Shown here piece after piece: positions 18,921 to 29,561 of a DNA stretch of 64,000 nucleotides. The notes under the pieces were generated by a model. The model saw only the letters and a program-made list of their open reading frames with translations. It did not search any database and had not been told where the DNA came from. The translations under genes and the position numbers were made by a program. Origin of the DNA: Minisyncoccota bacterium (GTDB taxonomy: Bacteria; Patescibacteriota; Minisyncoccia; JAHIHE01; JAGLIN01); contig JAQVBZ010000004.1 of assembly GCA_028690055.1 (NCBI GenBank), positions 1,855-65,854 of the forward strand, read 5' to 3'. Within the stretch, counting starts at the first letter, position 1; the number at the start of each line of letters is the position of its first letter.

Positions 18921-20331
18921 TCAAGTCTATCTTATAAAGTTTGTTGTCGTTGCCGATTAAATATACCAAGTCTCCGTCGCCGAGATAGAAGATGCCTCGA
19001 CCGGAAGCATTGTCCGTCAGGTAGAAAGTGTTGCGGCCGTCGCGGCTGTCCAGCTCGGTGAATTTGAATGAATTGCTTTCTTGGTAGAGGAGATGTTCCT
19101 CGTCGGCGTAGACGTAGATATTACTGAGGGTGCCGCTGAAACGGGTGAGGAGTTCGTTTTCTCCTGCCGATTTGATCGGCTGGGAAGTTTTGTCTTCGAC
19201 ATAATATACCCAGATTTCATTATTGTTGTAATAGAGAATGCGCTGTCCTCTTTGGAAGAAGCGAGCGTCTTTTATCCCGGAATTTATTTTGCGCGTCTGG
19301 GCGTCACGGTCGATGAGGTAGAGTGTGTTATTGGAGAGCACAAGCAGCCTGCCTCCGTACCTTTGTAGAGAGAAGGCGGCTTTTTTGGTAAAGCCCTCGG
19401 GCATCAAGCTTATGCGCACGCTATATGTCGGATTGTCCAGATTGATAGAATAGAGGGCGGGAGTGATGGAAGTATCGTCGTCCTTGAAAAAGAAAAGTGT
19501 GCCTTGATAAACATAGAAATTGTTGATGCCTGTACCTACTTGCTCGATTTCTTTGTTGACATAGTCGAAAGAAAAGACGGCATTGTCCTTGCCGAAGATA
19601 ATGTAATGGTCGAACAGATAGACAGGGGTATCGGGGGTCCGGCTCAGGGTTTCGGCCACGTCAGTGGAAACGAGATAGACTCGGTTGCTGTCGCGCAGGT
19701 CGATGAGATAAAGGTTGGCGGTGGTTTCGATGGCGACACGTCCGTCATCTTCGGTCCACTTTACGTCCTGAATCTCTCCCATCAGAGAGAGTTGCGTCTC
19801 GTCGAGTACCAGGCTATACTTTTCGTCGCGGATATTTACCAAAAAGAGCCCGGACTCGACGCCTACTGTACCCTGAAAGAGCAGCTCGTTCTTGTTCGTG
19901 GCTATATAAGTTTTGCCGTCGATGGGGAGGGTCAGGTCGGGGAGCACCGGCGTATTTTCGTATTTATTCTTTAGAAGCACGATATTTTCATATTTGTCCA
20001 CCTGTCCGGACTTGATGGTCACGTTCTTCCGCCATTCGTTGAAGTTGTCTTGGTTAACTTTGATTTCGTAGGTCCTAGGCTCGAGATTTTCGATTTTGAC
20101 AAAAGCGGAAAGTACTCCGCCGAGGAAACCGTTGTTTTTAAAAATCTCGTCGTCTTTGTAAATAGTAGCGTCTCTGGGGGTCGTCCGCAGCACGATGGCG
20201 CCGGCTTGGAAACTTTCGCCCGTTTTCGGGTCGTAGTTATATCCGAAACTGTAATATAGCGTACCGGCCAGGATTAGAAAGAAAACGCTAATGCAAAGGT
20301 AAAAATACACCTTGAATTTTGAATCTTTCAT
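18910..20331 (-). CDS. hypothetical membrane-anchored protein (473 aa), PEGA-like N-terminal region
   Basis: N-terminal TM helix, AGAIVLRTTPRDATIYKDDEIF PEGA-like segment, long β-rich extracytoplasmic domain. Confidence 0.6.
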   Translation of the reverse strand: MKDSKFKVYFYLCISVFFLILAGTLYYSFGYNYDPKTGESFQAGAIVLRTTPRDATIYKDDEIFKNNGFLGGVLSAFVKIENLEPRTYEIKVNQDNFNEWRKNVTIKSGQVDKYENIVLLKNKYENTPVLPDLTLPIDGKTYIATNKNELLFQGTVGVESGLFLVNIRDEKYSLVLDETQLSLMGEIQDVKWTEDDGRVAIETTANLYLIDLRDSNRVYLVSTDVAETLSRTPDTPVYLFDHYIIFGKDNAVFSFDYVNKEIEQVGTGINNFYVYQGTLFFFKDDDTSITPALYSINLDNPTYSVRISLMPEGFTKKAAFSLQRYGGRLLVLSNNTLYLIDRDAQTRKINSGIKDARFFQRGQRILYYNNNEIWVYYVEDKTSQPIKSAGENELLTRFSGTLSNIYVYADEEHLLYQESNSFKFTELDSRDGRNTFYLTDNASGRGIFYLGDGDLVYLIGNDNKLYKIDLREA

Positions 20332-20498
20332 TATAATAGTTAAGTTAGTTCTGTCTGCATTCTACCAAATTTTAGCTAAATTGACAATCGGGGGTGTAAA
20401 AGATAGAATTAGATTATAGTCTTGATATTGTGGGGAGGTGTGAGGCTGTTTTTGGAGATGAAATATCGTAGTCACCTTCGCGAACTCACAATAGGTTA

Positions 20499-20598
20499 TG
20501 TCACTCCGTAGGTGCGCTACTGCGGACCGAAGGTGGAGCGAAGAATCTCGTTTTTGTGCGGGATATATCGGGTTTCTTCGGGGTACCTCAGAATGACA
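20499..20598. mobile_element. MITE-like element, family A (degenerate)
   Basis: tgtcactccgtagg … cctcagaatgaca. Confidence 0.5.
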
Positions 20599-20659
20599 GA
20601 TAATCGGGGTCTTACGCGGAATTTATGGAATAAATTTTGAATATTTTAAGTACAATCTT

Positions 20660-21667
20660 ATGTTTGTAAGGAAAATCGGAATAGATTTGGGTACGGCTAA
20701 TATCTTGGTGTTCGTACCGCAAAAAGGGGTTGTGGTGAACGAGCCTTCTGTGGTGGCTGTGTCGATAGCTGAGAATCGGATTTTGGCGGTGGGCAACGAG
20801 GCCAAGAAGATGCTTGGAAAGACTCCAGACAGTATTACGGCCAGTCGGCCTGTTCAGAACGGTGTTATCGCGGATTATCGCGTGACGGAGGCGATGATAA
20901 GATATTTTGTGGAGAAGGTGAGCGGTAAATTCCGCCTTTTTAAACCTGAGATAATTATTTCCGTTCCTGCCGGCATCACTTCCACTGAGCGGCGTGCGGT
21001 GATTGATGCTGCAATGCATGCCGGAGCTAAAGCGGCTTATGTCGTCAAGGAGCCTATTTTGGCGGCTATCGGTGCGGGTATCGCCATCAATACTCCCTGT
21101 GGAAATATGATTATCGATATCGGCGGGGGGACTTCCGAGGTGGCCGTTATATCTTTGGGCGGAATCGTAGCCTTTTCTTCGGTGCGCGTGGGCGGTGATA
21201 AATTCGACGAAGCTATCGCTGATTATATCCGCAAAAAGCACAACGTCTCAGTGGGAGACAGGAACGCGGAAGAGATCAAGATCAAGATCGGCAGTGCGTT
21301 GCCTCTGGAAGAAGACCAGTTTATGGAGATTCGCGGACGGGACCTCGTGAGCGGATTGCCCAAGACTATCCAGGTCAGTTCCAACGAAATCACGGAAGCG
21401 TTACGCGAAGAATTGCTGGAAGTGGTCAAGGCAGTAAAGAATGTTTTGCAGAAGACTCCCCCTGAACTTTCTTCCGACGTAATCGATCGGGGAATGGTGC
21501 TTTCCGGCGGCGGGGCGCTTTTGCGCAATCTGGACAAGCTTCTGTCCGAAGCGACTGGCGTGCCTTGCTATGTCGCTGACGATCCGCTTTTGTGCGTGGT
21601 GCGGGGAACGGGAATCGTGCTCGACAATCTCGATGTTTACAAACGTAATTTGATATCAAGAAAATAA
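20660..21667 (+). CDS. mreB: Rod shape-determining protein MreB (paralogue 1, stand-alone)
   Basis: 335 aa; actin-fold phosphate-1 (GIDLGTANILV), connect and adenosine motifs (DIGGGTSEVAVIS, VLSGGGALL). Confidence 0.88.
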   Translation: MFVRKIGIDLGTANILVFVPQKGVVVNEPSVVAVSIAENRILAVGNEAKKMLGKTPDSITASRPVQNGVIADYRVTEAMIRYFVEKVSGKFRLFKPEIIISVPAGITSTERRAVIDAAMHAGAKAAYVVKEPILAAIGAGIAINTPCGNMIIDIGGGTSEVAVISLGGIVAFSSVRVGGDKFDEAIADYIRKKHNVSVGDRNAEEIKIKIGSALPLEEDQFMEIRGRDLVSGLPKTIQVSSNEITEALREELLEVVKAVKNVLQKTPPELSSDVIDRGMVLSGGGALLRNLDKLLSEATGVPCYVADDPLLCVVRGTGIVLDNLDVYKRNLISRK

Positions 21668-21672
21668 TCTTT

Positions 21673-22770
21673 ATGAAAATAGGAATAGATATTTCACGCG
21701 TTTTTGTGAAGGAAGGAACCGGGACGGAAGAATATTCCCGTCAGCTTGTGACACATTTGGCGTCCATGGATACCGGCGCGGATAAATTTTTCCTGTATGT
21801 CAAAGAGGGGACAAAAATTGATTTTACATTGCCTTCGAATTTCTCTGTGCGAGAGGTTCGGGGCAATTTTCTTTGGACGCAATGGCATCTTGCGTGGGAG
21901 CTGTGGATTCATCCTGTCGATGTTTTTTTTGTGCTGGCGCACACCATACCGTTTTTGCATCCGAGGAAAAGCGTGGTGACTGTCCATGGCTTGGAATTTA
22001 AGAATTGTCCCGACTGTTATACTTGGAAACAGCGGAGGATTTTAGAAAGGGATACGAGGTTTTCAATAGCTTCCGCTGCAAAGATTATCGTACCTTCGGA
22101 AAATACCAAACGAGATATCGTGAAATTTTATAAAGTGCCGCTGGAAAAGATCAGTGTGGTATATCACGGCGCACCTGTTGTATCGGATATAGAGAAGAAA
22201 AATAATAGGGAAGTATTTAATATCCTGTTTGTGGGTAGGATGGAAAAGCGTAAGAATGTAGCGAGGATGGTCCGGGCTTTTGGAATGTTTATGCAGAAGA
22301 TGGAAGAATCGTCTCCGGGATGTGGAGAAAATGTGCGATTGATCCTGGCGGGCAAGGTCGGTTACGGCCACAAGGAAATCCAAAAAGAAATTACGAAATC
22401 CGCATATGGGAAAAATATTATAGAAAAAGGTTATGTTTCAGAAAAGGAGAAAGAGAAATTATACGCGGATGCAGATGTGTTTCTTTTCCCCTCGCTTGCC
22501 GAAGGTTTTGGTTTGCCGGTCTTAGAAGCGATGAGTTACGGCGTGTCGGTTGTTACTTCCCGCGAGACCGCACTTGCGGAGATTGCCGGTGATGCTGCGC
22601 TTCTGGTTGATCCTACGAGAGAAGAAGATATCGCGTATGCGCTTTGGAAGCTTTTTGTCAGCTTGGAGGAAGGAGAAAATCTGGTCCGTAAGGGATATGA
22701 AAATCTGCACAGATTCAGCTGGGAAAAGTGCGCGCGTGAGACACTGGATGTATTAAAGAAGTGGAAATAG
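21673..22770 (+). CDS. Glycosyltransferase family 1 (GT4)
   Basis: C-terminal …FLFPSLAEGFGLPVLEAMSYGVSVVTS… E-x7-E motif region. Confidence 0.85.
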   Translation: MKIGIDISRVFVKEGTGTEEYSRQLVTHLASMDTGADKFFLYVKEGTKIDFTLPSNFSVREVRGNFLWTQWHLAWELWIHPVDVFFVLAHTIPFLHPRKSVVTVHGLEFKNCPDCYTWKQRRILERDTRFSIASAAKIIVPSENTKRDIVKFYKVPLEKISVVYHGAPVVSDIEKKNNREVFNILFVGRMEKRKNVARMVRAFGMFMQKMEESSPGCGENVRLILAGKVGYGHKEIQKEITKSAYGKNIIEKGYVSEKEKEKLYADADVFLFPSLAEGFGLPVLEAMSYGVSVVTSRETALAEIAGDAALLVDPTREEDIAYALWKLFVSLEEGENLVRKGYENLHRFSWEKCARETLDVLKKWK

Positions 22771-22907
22771 GTACTATTTGAAAAATGCGGAAGGAAAAAT
22801 GGCTGGGGATTGTTTATCCCCCCCCTCACCCCGACCCTCTCCCGATGGGCGAGGGAGAAATGCAATGCGACGCTCCTTTATTAAATATAATTCGAATAGG
22901 TAGATTT

Positions 22908-23447
22908 ATGATTCAAATTACTTACTTTGTTCATGGAACAACTATAGATAACCAAAAAGAAATATCGTCGGGCTGGAACGATGTCGATCTTTCTGAATTA
23001 GGAGTAGAACAATCTATCAAGCTTAAAGAACAGATAACAGATAAAAATTTTGATGTTGTTTTTTGTTCTGACCTGAAAAGGGCTTATGAATCTGCGCGAC
23101 TTACTTTTGAAGATAGTTTAGATATTGTTCAGGATAAAAGATTACGAGAGTGCAACTACGGTAAATATAATGCCAAGCCATCGGCTATCGTTGAGCCGAT
23201 GCAAGAAAAAATGATTTATGATAGATTTCCGGATGGTGAAAGTTATGAAGATGTAAAAATAAGGATGTCCGACTTTCTTGATTTCTTGAGGGAAAAATTT
23301 GATGGCAAAAATATTGCTATCGTTGCTCATAAAGCCCCACAGCTTGCCCTTGATGTTTTATTGAAAAATAAGAACTGGGAACAGGCGTTTGCAGATGATT
23401 GGAGAAAAGCAAAGTCTTGGAAGCCGGGATGGGAATATGAGATTTAG
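22908..23447 (+). CDS. Histidine phosphatase family protein (phosphoglycerate-mutase-like)
   Basis: ITYFVHGTT…GW.D..LSELG catalytic His motif; listed ORF start 22785 runs through a repeat, so ATG 22908 is preferred. Confidence 0.75.
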   Translation: MIQITYFVHGTTIDNQKEISSGWNDVDLSELGVEQSIKLKEQITDKNFDVVFCSDLKRAYESARLTFEDSLDIVQDKRLRECNYGKYNAKPSAIVEPMQEKMIYDRFPDGESYEDVKIRMSDFLDFLREKFDGKNIAIVAHKAPQLALDVLLKNKNWEQAFADDWRKAKSWKPGWEYEI

Positions 23448-23462
23448 TCGGGGGTAAAGTGT

Positions 23463-23619
23463 GTCATTCCCGCCCTTGCTGTGGTAAGGATAAGCTCCAG
23501 TGGGAATAATCTAGTATAGATATGTCATTCCCGAGACTATGCAGATAAAACACAATATAACGCCCGTGAATTATAGTAACGGGATCGCCACGTCGGGGCA
23601 CCTTCTCGCAATGACAAAA
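23463..23619. mobile_element. MITE-like element(s), family A (two left ends, one right end)
   Basis: gtgtcattcccgccc … atgtcattcccgag … cgcaatgacaaaa. Confidence 0.55.
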
Positions 23620-23745
23620 ACAAATCGAATCAGGCATTGAGTGATGTTGAGGACTAAAGTGTCTTGGTCGGCAATTAAAACCGGGGATTCTGTCGAGACT
23701 ATCACCTTAATGGTTGGAATAATCCGTATTTAAATATTTAATATA

Positions 23746-24885
23746 ATGGAAAGCCCGAAAGAATTGAGCAAGCCGAAGGTCGCTATTGTCCACGATTTTC
23801 TTACTTATTGGGGCGGAGCGGAACAGGTTCTGTTATCTTTGCACCATATTTACCCCGACGCGCCGATTTATACCCTGCTTTACGATAAGAAGATGGACGA
23901 ATATTTTCCAAACGCGCGCATACGGGTTTCTTTTTTGGGCAAGTTGCCGAATTTTTTGAAAAAGCGAAAAAAATTTATGCTGCCCCTTCTTCCGACGGCG
24001 GCGGAGACTTTCGATTTGAGCGGATTCGATCTCGTCATTTCCAGTTCCGGGTCTTTTGCCAAAGGTGTAATCGTGAAGCCGCGGACACTGCACGTTTCAT
24101 ACTGCCACGCTCCGACGCGATTTCTCTGGGACTGGTACCAGAATTATTTGAAAGAGAACCATGTCGGAAAAATTAAAAAGTTGCTCGTGGTTCCCGTTTT
24201 GCACCTGATTCGGATATGGGATCGCAGCGCTTCGGAGCGGGTCGATTTTTATGTTGCCAATTCGCGAAATACAGCGCTTCGGATCAAGAAATTTTATGGG
24301 CGCGACAGTAAAGTGATCTATCCGCCGGTTGACTTCAAGAAATTCAATGAAATGAAAAATCTGCCGAGTGTGCCGGAGAAAGATTATTATCTCATAGTCT
24401 CGCGCCTCAGCCCTTACAAAAAAATCGATATCGCAATCACCGCTTTTAACAAGATGAATCTGCCTCTCGTCATCATCGGCGAAGGGGGAGATCGTAAGCG
24501 ATTGGGGAAAATGGCGGAGAATAATATCACGTTTGCGGGTTTCCAAGACGAGAAGCATTTGGCGGCATATTATGAGGGAGCCAAGGCGGTGATTTTCCCC
24601 GGCGAGGATGATTTTGGCATTACTATTGTGGAGGCGATGTCCTTCGGCAAGCCGGTACTGGCTTATGCTCGCGGTGGCGCGCTGGAGACGGTTACCCCGG
24701 GGAAGACAGGCGAACTCTTCGCAAGTGAGGTGCCGGAAATATTGGCGGATGGAGTGAGAAGGATGAGCCGGAATATGGAAAAATATAATACTCAAGAAAT
24801 AAAAGCATTTGCGGAGAAATTTTCTCGGGAGAATTTCGAGAAGAGATTCAAGGAGTTTGTCGATGAGGCACGCCGGCGGGAGTAG
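23746..24885 (+). CDS. Glycosyltransferase family 1 (GT4)
   Basis: 379 aa; …IFPGEDDFGITIVEAMSFGKPVLAYARGG… GT-B C-terminal domain. Confidence 0.85.
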   Translation: MESPKELSKPKVAIVHDFLTYWGGAEQVLLSLHHIYPDAPIYTLLYDKKMDEYFPNARIRVSFLGKLPNFLKKRKKFMLPLLPTAAETFDLSGFDLVISSSGSFAKGVIVKPRTLHVSYCHAPTRFLWDWYQNYLKENHVGKIKKLLVVPVLHLIRIWDRSASERVDFYVANSRNTALRIKKFYGRDSKVIYPPVDFKKFNEMKNLPSVPEKDYYLIVSRLSPYKKIDIAITAFNKMNLPLVIIGEGGDRKRLGKMAENNITFAGFQDEKHLAAYYEGAKAVIFPGEDDFGITIVEAMSFGKPVLAYARGGALETVTPGKTGELFASEVPEILADGVRRMSRNMEKYNTQEIKAFAEKFSRENFEKRFKEFVDEARRRE

Positions 24886-25233
24886 AATCTTTTATTGAAA
24901 GCTGGGGGCAATCGTGTTATTGCGAGGAGGTACTACAATATAGCCTGTCCTCGCGGAGGCGGGGACGGCAATCCCGATATTATGTGGGAAAACTTAATAT
25001 AAGGAATAATCTTGTACCCCCACCCCGCCCCTCTCCCGATGGGAGAGGGGATGTGTTTGCTTTTGTGTTGTTTGCAGAGACGCGATGTATCGTGTCTGAT
25101 GTTTCAGTGAAAATATACCAAGCCGTTATGTTTGTATTTTTTTAAAAGGGCACAAGATATTGTGCCCTTACGACTATAAAAGGTTTGATTCCAGAGCCTA
25201 AATATGGTAACCTAAATATATAAGGACAAAAAT

Positions 25234-26136
25234 ATGATTGCGGAAAGAGAATTTGTTGGTAATACGAAAATCGTCCGTTATTTGGACAAGGTCCTGGAAA
25301 AGGGCTGTGTTTCGCATGCTTATCTTTTTGAGGGGCCGGAGCGTGTCGGTAAGATGACTATGGCGCTTGCTTTTGCCGCTGAATTATTGCAGGACACTTC
25401 GTCTGATGTGCTTGCGAATCCTGACCTGGTCCATATCTATCCCGATGAGGAGAAAAAACAGATCAGTGTGGAAGCGATGCGAGGTATGCAGAAAAGTCTC
25501 AGCTATTTTCCTCTAAAGGCTCCGTACAAGGTGGTGATCATTGAAAAGGTCGAGATGCTAGGTCCGTCGGGAGCAAACTCGATTCTCAAGACGCTTGAGG
25601 AGCCGGGGGCGACTTCGGTGATTATTTTGGTGGCGTCGGATATGAAAAAAATCCTTGCTACGATAAAATCCCGGTGTCAGGTTTTGAATTTTAATGCGGC
25701 CTTCGGACCGGAATTGCGGGAATTTCTGCTCCGTAAGGGTCCGCATGCCGATATCGATGAGATTTTGGAGCTGTCGCAAGGCAGACCCGGAATGGCAATC
25801 GGCCTGTTGGAGGATGCCGAGCTTCTACAAGAGGCGAAGGCGGAGAAGGCGAGGGTGCTGGAGCTTTTTTATCAGGGTAATTACGCAAGAATGGAAAGTG
25901 CGAGCCATATATATGGGTTGGAAAAAGAAGAAGCAGCTGCAGTTTTGAATGGGTGGATAGTTACTCTCCGGTCGGAACTTCTGAAAAGCTTTGCAGAAAC
26001 GGGGGTGGGTACTCAAGAGAAAAAAGAGAAAATGAAAGCTGCCATTGAAAAGACGATGTTGACACGTGAAGATATTTTGGAAAGAAATGTAAATCTCAAA
26101 CTTGCGATAGAGAATTTAGTCTTAAACTTTAAATAA
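25234..26136 (+). CDS. holB: DNA polymerase III delta' subunit
   Basis: AAA+ clamp-loader fold: HAYLFEGPERVGK (Walker A-like), IIEKVEML, SRCQVLNF (sensor-2). Confidence 0.85.
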   Translation: MIAEREFVGNTKIVRYLDKVLEKGCVSHAYLFEGPERVGKMTMALAFAAELLQDTSSDVLANPDLVHIYPDEEKKQISVEAMRGMQKSLSYFPLKAPYKVVIIEKVEMLGPSGANSILKTLEEPGATSVIILVASDMKKILATIKSRCQVLNFNAAFGPELREFLLRKGPHADIDEILELSQGRPGMAIGLLEDAELLQEAKAEKARVLELFYQGNYARMESASHIYGLEKEEAAAVLNGWIVTLRSELLKSFAETGVGTQEKKEKMKAAIEKTMLTREDILERNVNLKLAIENLVLNFK

Positions 26137-26147
26137 TTATTATTCTT

Positions 26148-27284
26148 ATGCCAAGTAAAACAAAAAAAATATTTCTGGTGGGCATGCTTTCTTTGGTTAC
26201 GGTTTCTTTTTCCGGTTGTCTGGGAATTTCGACGAACAGTACCGGTACTGCGGCACAGAGGAATGATAGTCAGGGAGTTTTTAAGACTACCGACGGCGGC
26301 AAGACCTGGGCGCAAAAAGTCTCTATCGACGGGCAGCCGGAATTTATGTTGGATCAGGTCCAGACCGTAAGTATTGCCATCGATCCGGACAATACCCAAA
26401 TTCTTTATCTCGGGACTATGGGCAACGGCATGTACAAGACGGAAAACGGTGCTGACTCTTGGCACGCTCTCGGCGACCAGAACGGTAAATTCCGGAACAC
26501 CGCTTCGGTCTATGATATTGAAGTGGAGCAAGGCAATCCGAGCATCGTCTATGCCGCGACACTGAATGACAATCGCGGGGTGCTGATGAAGACGGAGGAT
26601 GGCGGCAACAGCTGGACGGAAAGCTATATCAGTACGGAGCCGGGCAAGCCCATCAGGCGGGTCCAGGTAGACCCGGTACAGAAGAATATCGTGTATATCA
26701 GTACGGATCAGGGAGGATTTTTGAAAAGCACGGATCGGGGGCACAGTTGGCAGAAAATCAAATGGTTCCAGACAGGTGTAAGAGATTTCGTGGTGGATTA
26801 TACCAATAACAAAGGAATCATCCTTATGTCGCATAAGGGGCTGTACAAGACTACTGACGGCGGTGTCGATGAAGAGAAGAGTTGGCAGAATCTTACTCCG
26901 GCACTCACAAAGTTTTTGAATATACGACAGGCCACGGTGGAGCAGATTACGTCTCTTTCCATCGACAATCAGAACCCGCTAGTGATTTATATTACATATG
27001 ATAATTTTATCTTTGTATCTCGCGACGGCGGACTGACTTGGGACACATTGAATACTATCACTCCTACATTATCTTCCGCCTCCAATAACGTGCCGGAAAT
27101 CAAGAAGATCGGGCTGATGAACGGCACTATATATTACGGCGCCGGCAACGCGCTCTATAGGAGCGATGACAAAGGAGTATCCTGGGCAAGTTTTGACATA
27201 CCTATCCTGGGTGATGTAAAATATACTGTCAGTGACCCTAAAGATTTGAATATTATCTACGTGGGCGCACTGTACGTGAAATAA
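26148..27284 (+). CDS. Lipoprotein with BNR/Asp-box (Ycf48-like β-propeller) repeats
   Basis: Lipobox LVTVSFSG|C; repeated S/T-x-D-G-G-x-T/S-W motifs (TDGGKTW, ENGADSW, EDGGNSW, TDRGHSW, RDGGLTW, DDKGVSW). Confidence 0.75.
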   Translation: MPSKTKKIFLVGMLSLVTVSFSGCLGISTNSTGTAAQRNDSQGVFKTTDGGKTWAQKVSIDGQPEFMLDQVQTVSIAIDPDNTQILYLGTMGNGMYKTENGADSWHALGDQNGKFRNTASVYDIEVEQGNPSIVYAATLNDNRGVLMKTEDGGNSWTESYISTEPGKPIRRVQVDPVQKNIVYISTDQGGFLKSTDRGHSWQKIKWFQTGVRDFVVDYTNNKGIILMSHKGLYKTTDGGVDEEKSWQNLTPALTKFLNIRQATVEQITSLSIDNQNPLVIYITYDNFIFVSRDGGLTWDTLNTITPTLSSASNNVPEIKKIGLMNGTIYYGAGNALYRSDDKGVSWASFDIPILGDVKYTVSDPKDLNIIYVGALYVK

Positions 27285-27298
27285 ATTTATCAATAATT

Positions 27299-27850
27299 TT
27301 GAATAATCATATGAATTTACAAGAAGACCTGGAAAAGAACATGAATTTTTTCAAGAGCGAGATTGCATCACTTAGTATCGGTCGTGCTACTCCGTACTTG
27401 GTCGAGGATGTGACTGTCGACTATTACGGTACACCGACTCCGCTCAAGCAGGTAGCCACGATCGGAATTCCCGATTCGCGTACCATCACTATCCAGCCTT
27501 TTGACAGATCGATTCTCAAGGATATCGAGAAGGCAATTAATCTGGCGCAGCTGGGGCTCAATCCGGGCAATAACGGGGAAATGATCCGTATCGCGGTGCC
27601 GCAGCCGACCGAAGAAAGAAGAAAGGATTTGGCGAAGCTTTTAAACAAGATTTTGGAGAATGCCCGTGTCGGGGTGCGTAGTGCGCGCGAGGAAGCGATG
27701 AAAGAAATCAAGAATGCGGAAAAGAACGGCGAAATCGGCGAGGACGACCGCTTCACGCAGCAGGAAGAAATCCAGAAGCTGGTCAATGATGCCAACTCGA
27801 AACTTGAGGAAGAATCAAAAAAGAAAGAAGCTGAAATATTAACCGTATAA
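27299..27850 (+). CDS. frr: Ribosome recycling factor
   Basis: 183 aa; …LSIGRATPYLVEDVTVDYYG… and C-terminal RR-K-DL…A…R..VR..RR signature. Confidence 0.9.
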   Translation: MNNHMNLQEDLEKNMNFFKSEIASLSIGRATPYLVEDVTVDYYGTPTPLKQVATIGIPDSRTITIQPFDRSILKDIEKAINLAQLGLNPGNNGEMIRIAVPQPTEERRKDLAKLLNKILENARVGVRSAREEAMKEIKNAEKNGEIGEDDRFTQQEEIQKLVNDANSKLEEESKKKEAEILTV

Positions 27851-27988
27851 GAGGGTAGCTGGATGTGATCGATAATTTTTGTAAAGATTCCGGGTATTCT
27901 GATTGTCGTCGCGGTGCTTCCTCCGCGCAATTATACAAGCTTAATAATTCTCTGACAGAATGTTAATTGAAACAAATACACGCTAAGT

Positions 27989-28155
27989 TTGTCATCCCGA
28001 AAGGCGTACTCGCCTGAGGGATCTGGGAAATATATTAGCTATTGTGAATATTATCTATAAAGATAACTTTATTATCGAATATGATGTCTTTCCCGGATTC
28101 CGGGGGGGGCGCAGAGGGCACAAGATATTGTGCCCCTACAATTCGGAATGACGAA
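27989..28155. mobile_element. Composite MITE-like element (family A termini + GGGCACAA palindrome); part of a ~280-bp block duplicated at 46.9-47.2 kb
   Basis: ttgtcatcccgaaagg…gggcacaagatattgtgcccctacaattcggaatgacgaaa. Confidence 0.65.
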
Positions 28156-28283
28156 ATATATTTGGTTTTTAAAGCACAAAAGTATCTATTCTGTTAAGAA
28201 TGTCAGTAAATTATTAAACTTGTACGGCAATAAAAATCATCGCGGGCTTTCGAAGACGGGGTTATAAAATATAAAAAATAAAC

Positions 28284-29390
28284 ATGACAATTTCCACCAT
28301 AATAATTTTTCTTCTGGTTCTAGGCGTAATCGTTTTTATTCACGAGCTCGGGCATTTTATGACGGCCAAATATTTTGGCGTCAAGGTCGACGAGTTCGGT
28401 TTGGGTTTTCCGCCGAAAATCTACGGCAAGAAAAAAGGGGAGACGGAATACACTCTCAACTGGATTCCCCTCGGGGGGTTTGTCAAAATTGCCGGAGAAG
28501 ATGGCGAGAACCGCGACGATCCCCGCAACTTCGGCGCCAAGCCGGTATGGCAGCGGGCGATCATCCTTTCGGCCGGAGTTATTATGAATTTTGTTTTGGC
28601 GATAGTCATTTTCAGCGCTATCTTTATGTCTGGTTTTCCGACCGATGTTACCGGCGTTGATAAAGCCGAACTTCCTGCGGGAACGGAGAGCTACGTCCAG
28701 ATAACTGGTATTTCCGAAGGCAGCCCGGCAGAAGATGCTGGCATTATGGCGGGAGATAAAATATTGAAAGCGGGGGAGAACGAAGTATATGGCGTGGAAG
28801 ATCTGCAAAATTATACGGCAGAGAATCAAGGCGTGAATGTGACACTTACCCTCAATCGGCAAGGAGAAACGATTCAAAAAGAAGTTTTTTCCAGAGAGAA
28901 TGGCAATGGGCAGGGGGCAATCGGTGTATCTCTATCTGAAGTTGCAATCATTTCTTATTCTCCGCTGGAGGCTATCAAGGCGGGATTTGTTCACACGAAG
29001 GATCTTACCGTCTATATCTTGCAATATCTCAAACAGACGCTTTATGAACTTTTCACCACCGGCGGGACTACCACTGATGTTTCCGGTCCGATCGGGATGG
29101 TATCGATGACACAGCAAGCGGCGCAGATGGGGTTTGTTGTCCTCTTGAATTTTATGGCCCTTATCAGTGTCAACTTGGGTATCGTTAATATTCTGCCCCT
29201 GCCGGCACTGGACGGCGGGCGAATAGTATTCCTCCTCATCGAGAAGATAAAAAAATCACCTGTGAGTACGGAATTCGAAGCTAAGATTCACAATGCGGGA
29301 TTTATGATGCTGATGCTACTGATGCTGGTTGTGACCGTAAAAGATATCGCGAAGCTGGGAGTGTGGGGGAAGATAATGGGAATGTTTTAA
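28284..29390 (+). CDS. rseP: RIP metalloprotease RseP (site-2 protease) with PDZ domain
   Basis: HELGH zinc motif in TM1, PDZ segment, C-terminal LDGG motif. Confidence 0.88.
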   Translation: MTISTIIIFLLVLGVIVFIHELGHFMTAKYFGVKVDEFGLGFPPKIYGKKKGETEYTLNWIPLGGFVKIAGEDGENRDDPRNFGAKPVWQRAIILSAGVIMNFVLAIVIFSAIFMSGFPTDVTGVDKAELPAGTESYVQITGISEGSPAEDAGIMAGDKILKAGENEVYGVEDLQNYTAENQGVNVTLTLNRQGETIQKEVFSRENGNGQGAIGVSLSEVAIISYSPLEAIKAGFVHTKDLTVYILQYLKQTLYELFTTGGTTTDVSGPIGMVSMTQQAAQMGFVVLLNFMALISVNLGIVNILPLPALDGGRIVFLLIEKIKKSPVSTEFEAKIHNAGFMMLMLLMLVVTVKDIAKLGVWGKIMGMF

Positions 29391-29420
29391 TCTTATAGAA
29401 GGTAATCATTCGTAGTCCTT

Positions 29421-29466
29421 GTCTGTCATTCCGGAATTTCGCTTCGGCGAAATATCCGGAATCCCT
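29421..29466. repeat. Family A left terminus plus hairpin (partial element)
   Basis: ctgtcattccggaatttcgc-ttcg-gcgaaatatccggaat. Confidence 0.45.
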
Positions 29467-29561
29467 GTATAAAAGGCAATAAACGCTTGGAGCTAGGTTG
29501 ATTAAATAAAAAAAGACCGCATCGGTTAGATTTGGTCATGCAAATTGCAAACTTGTTTTTT

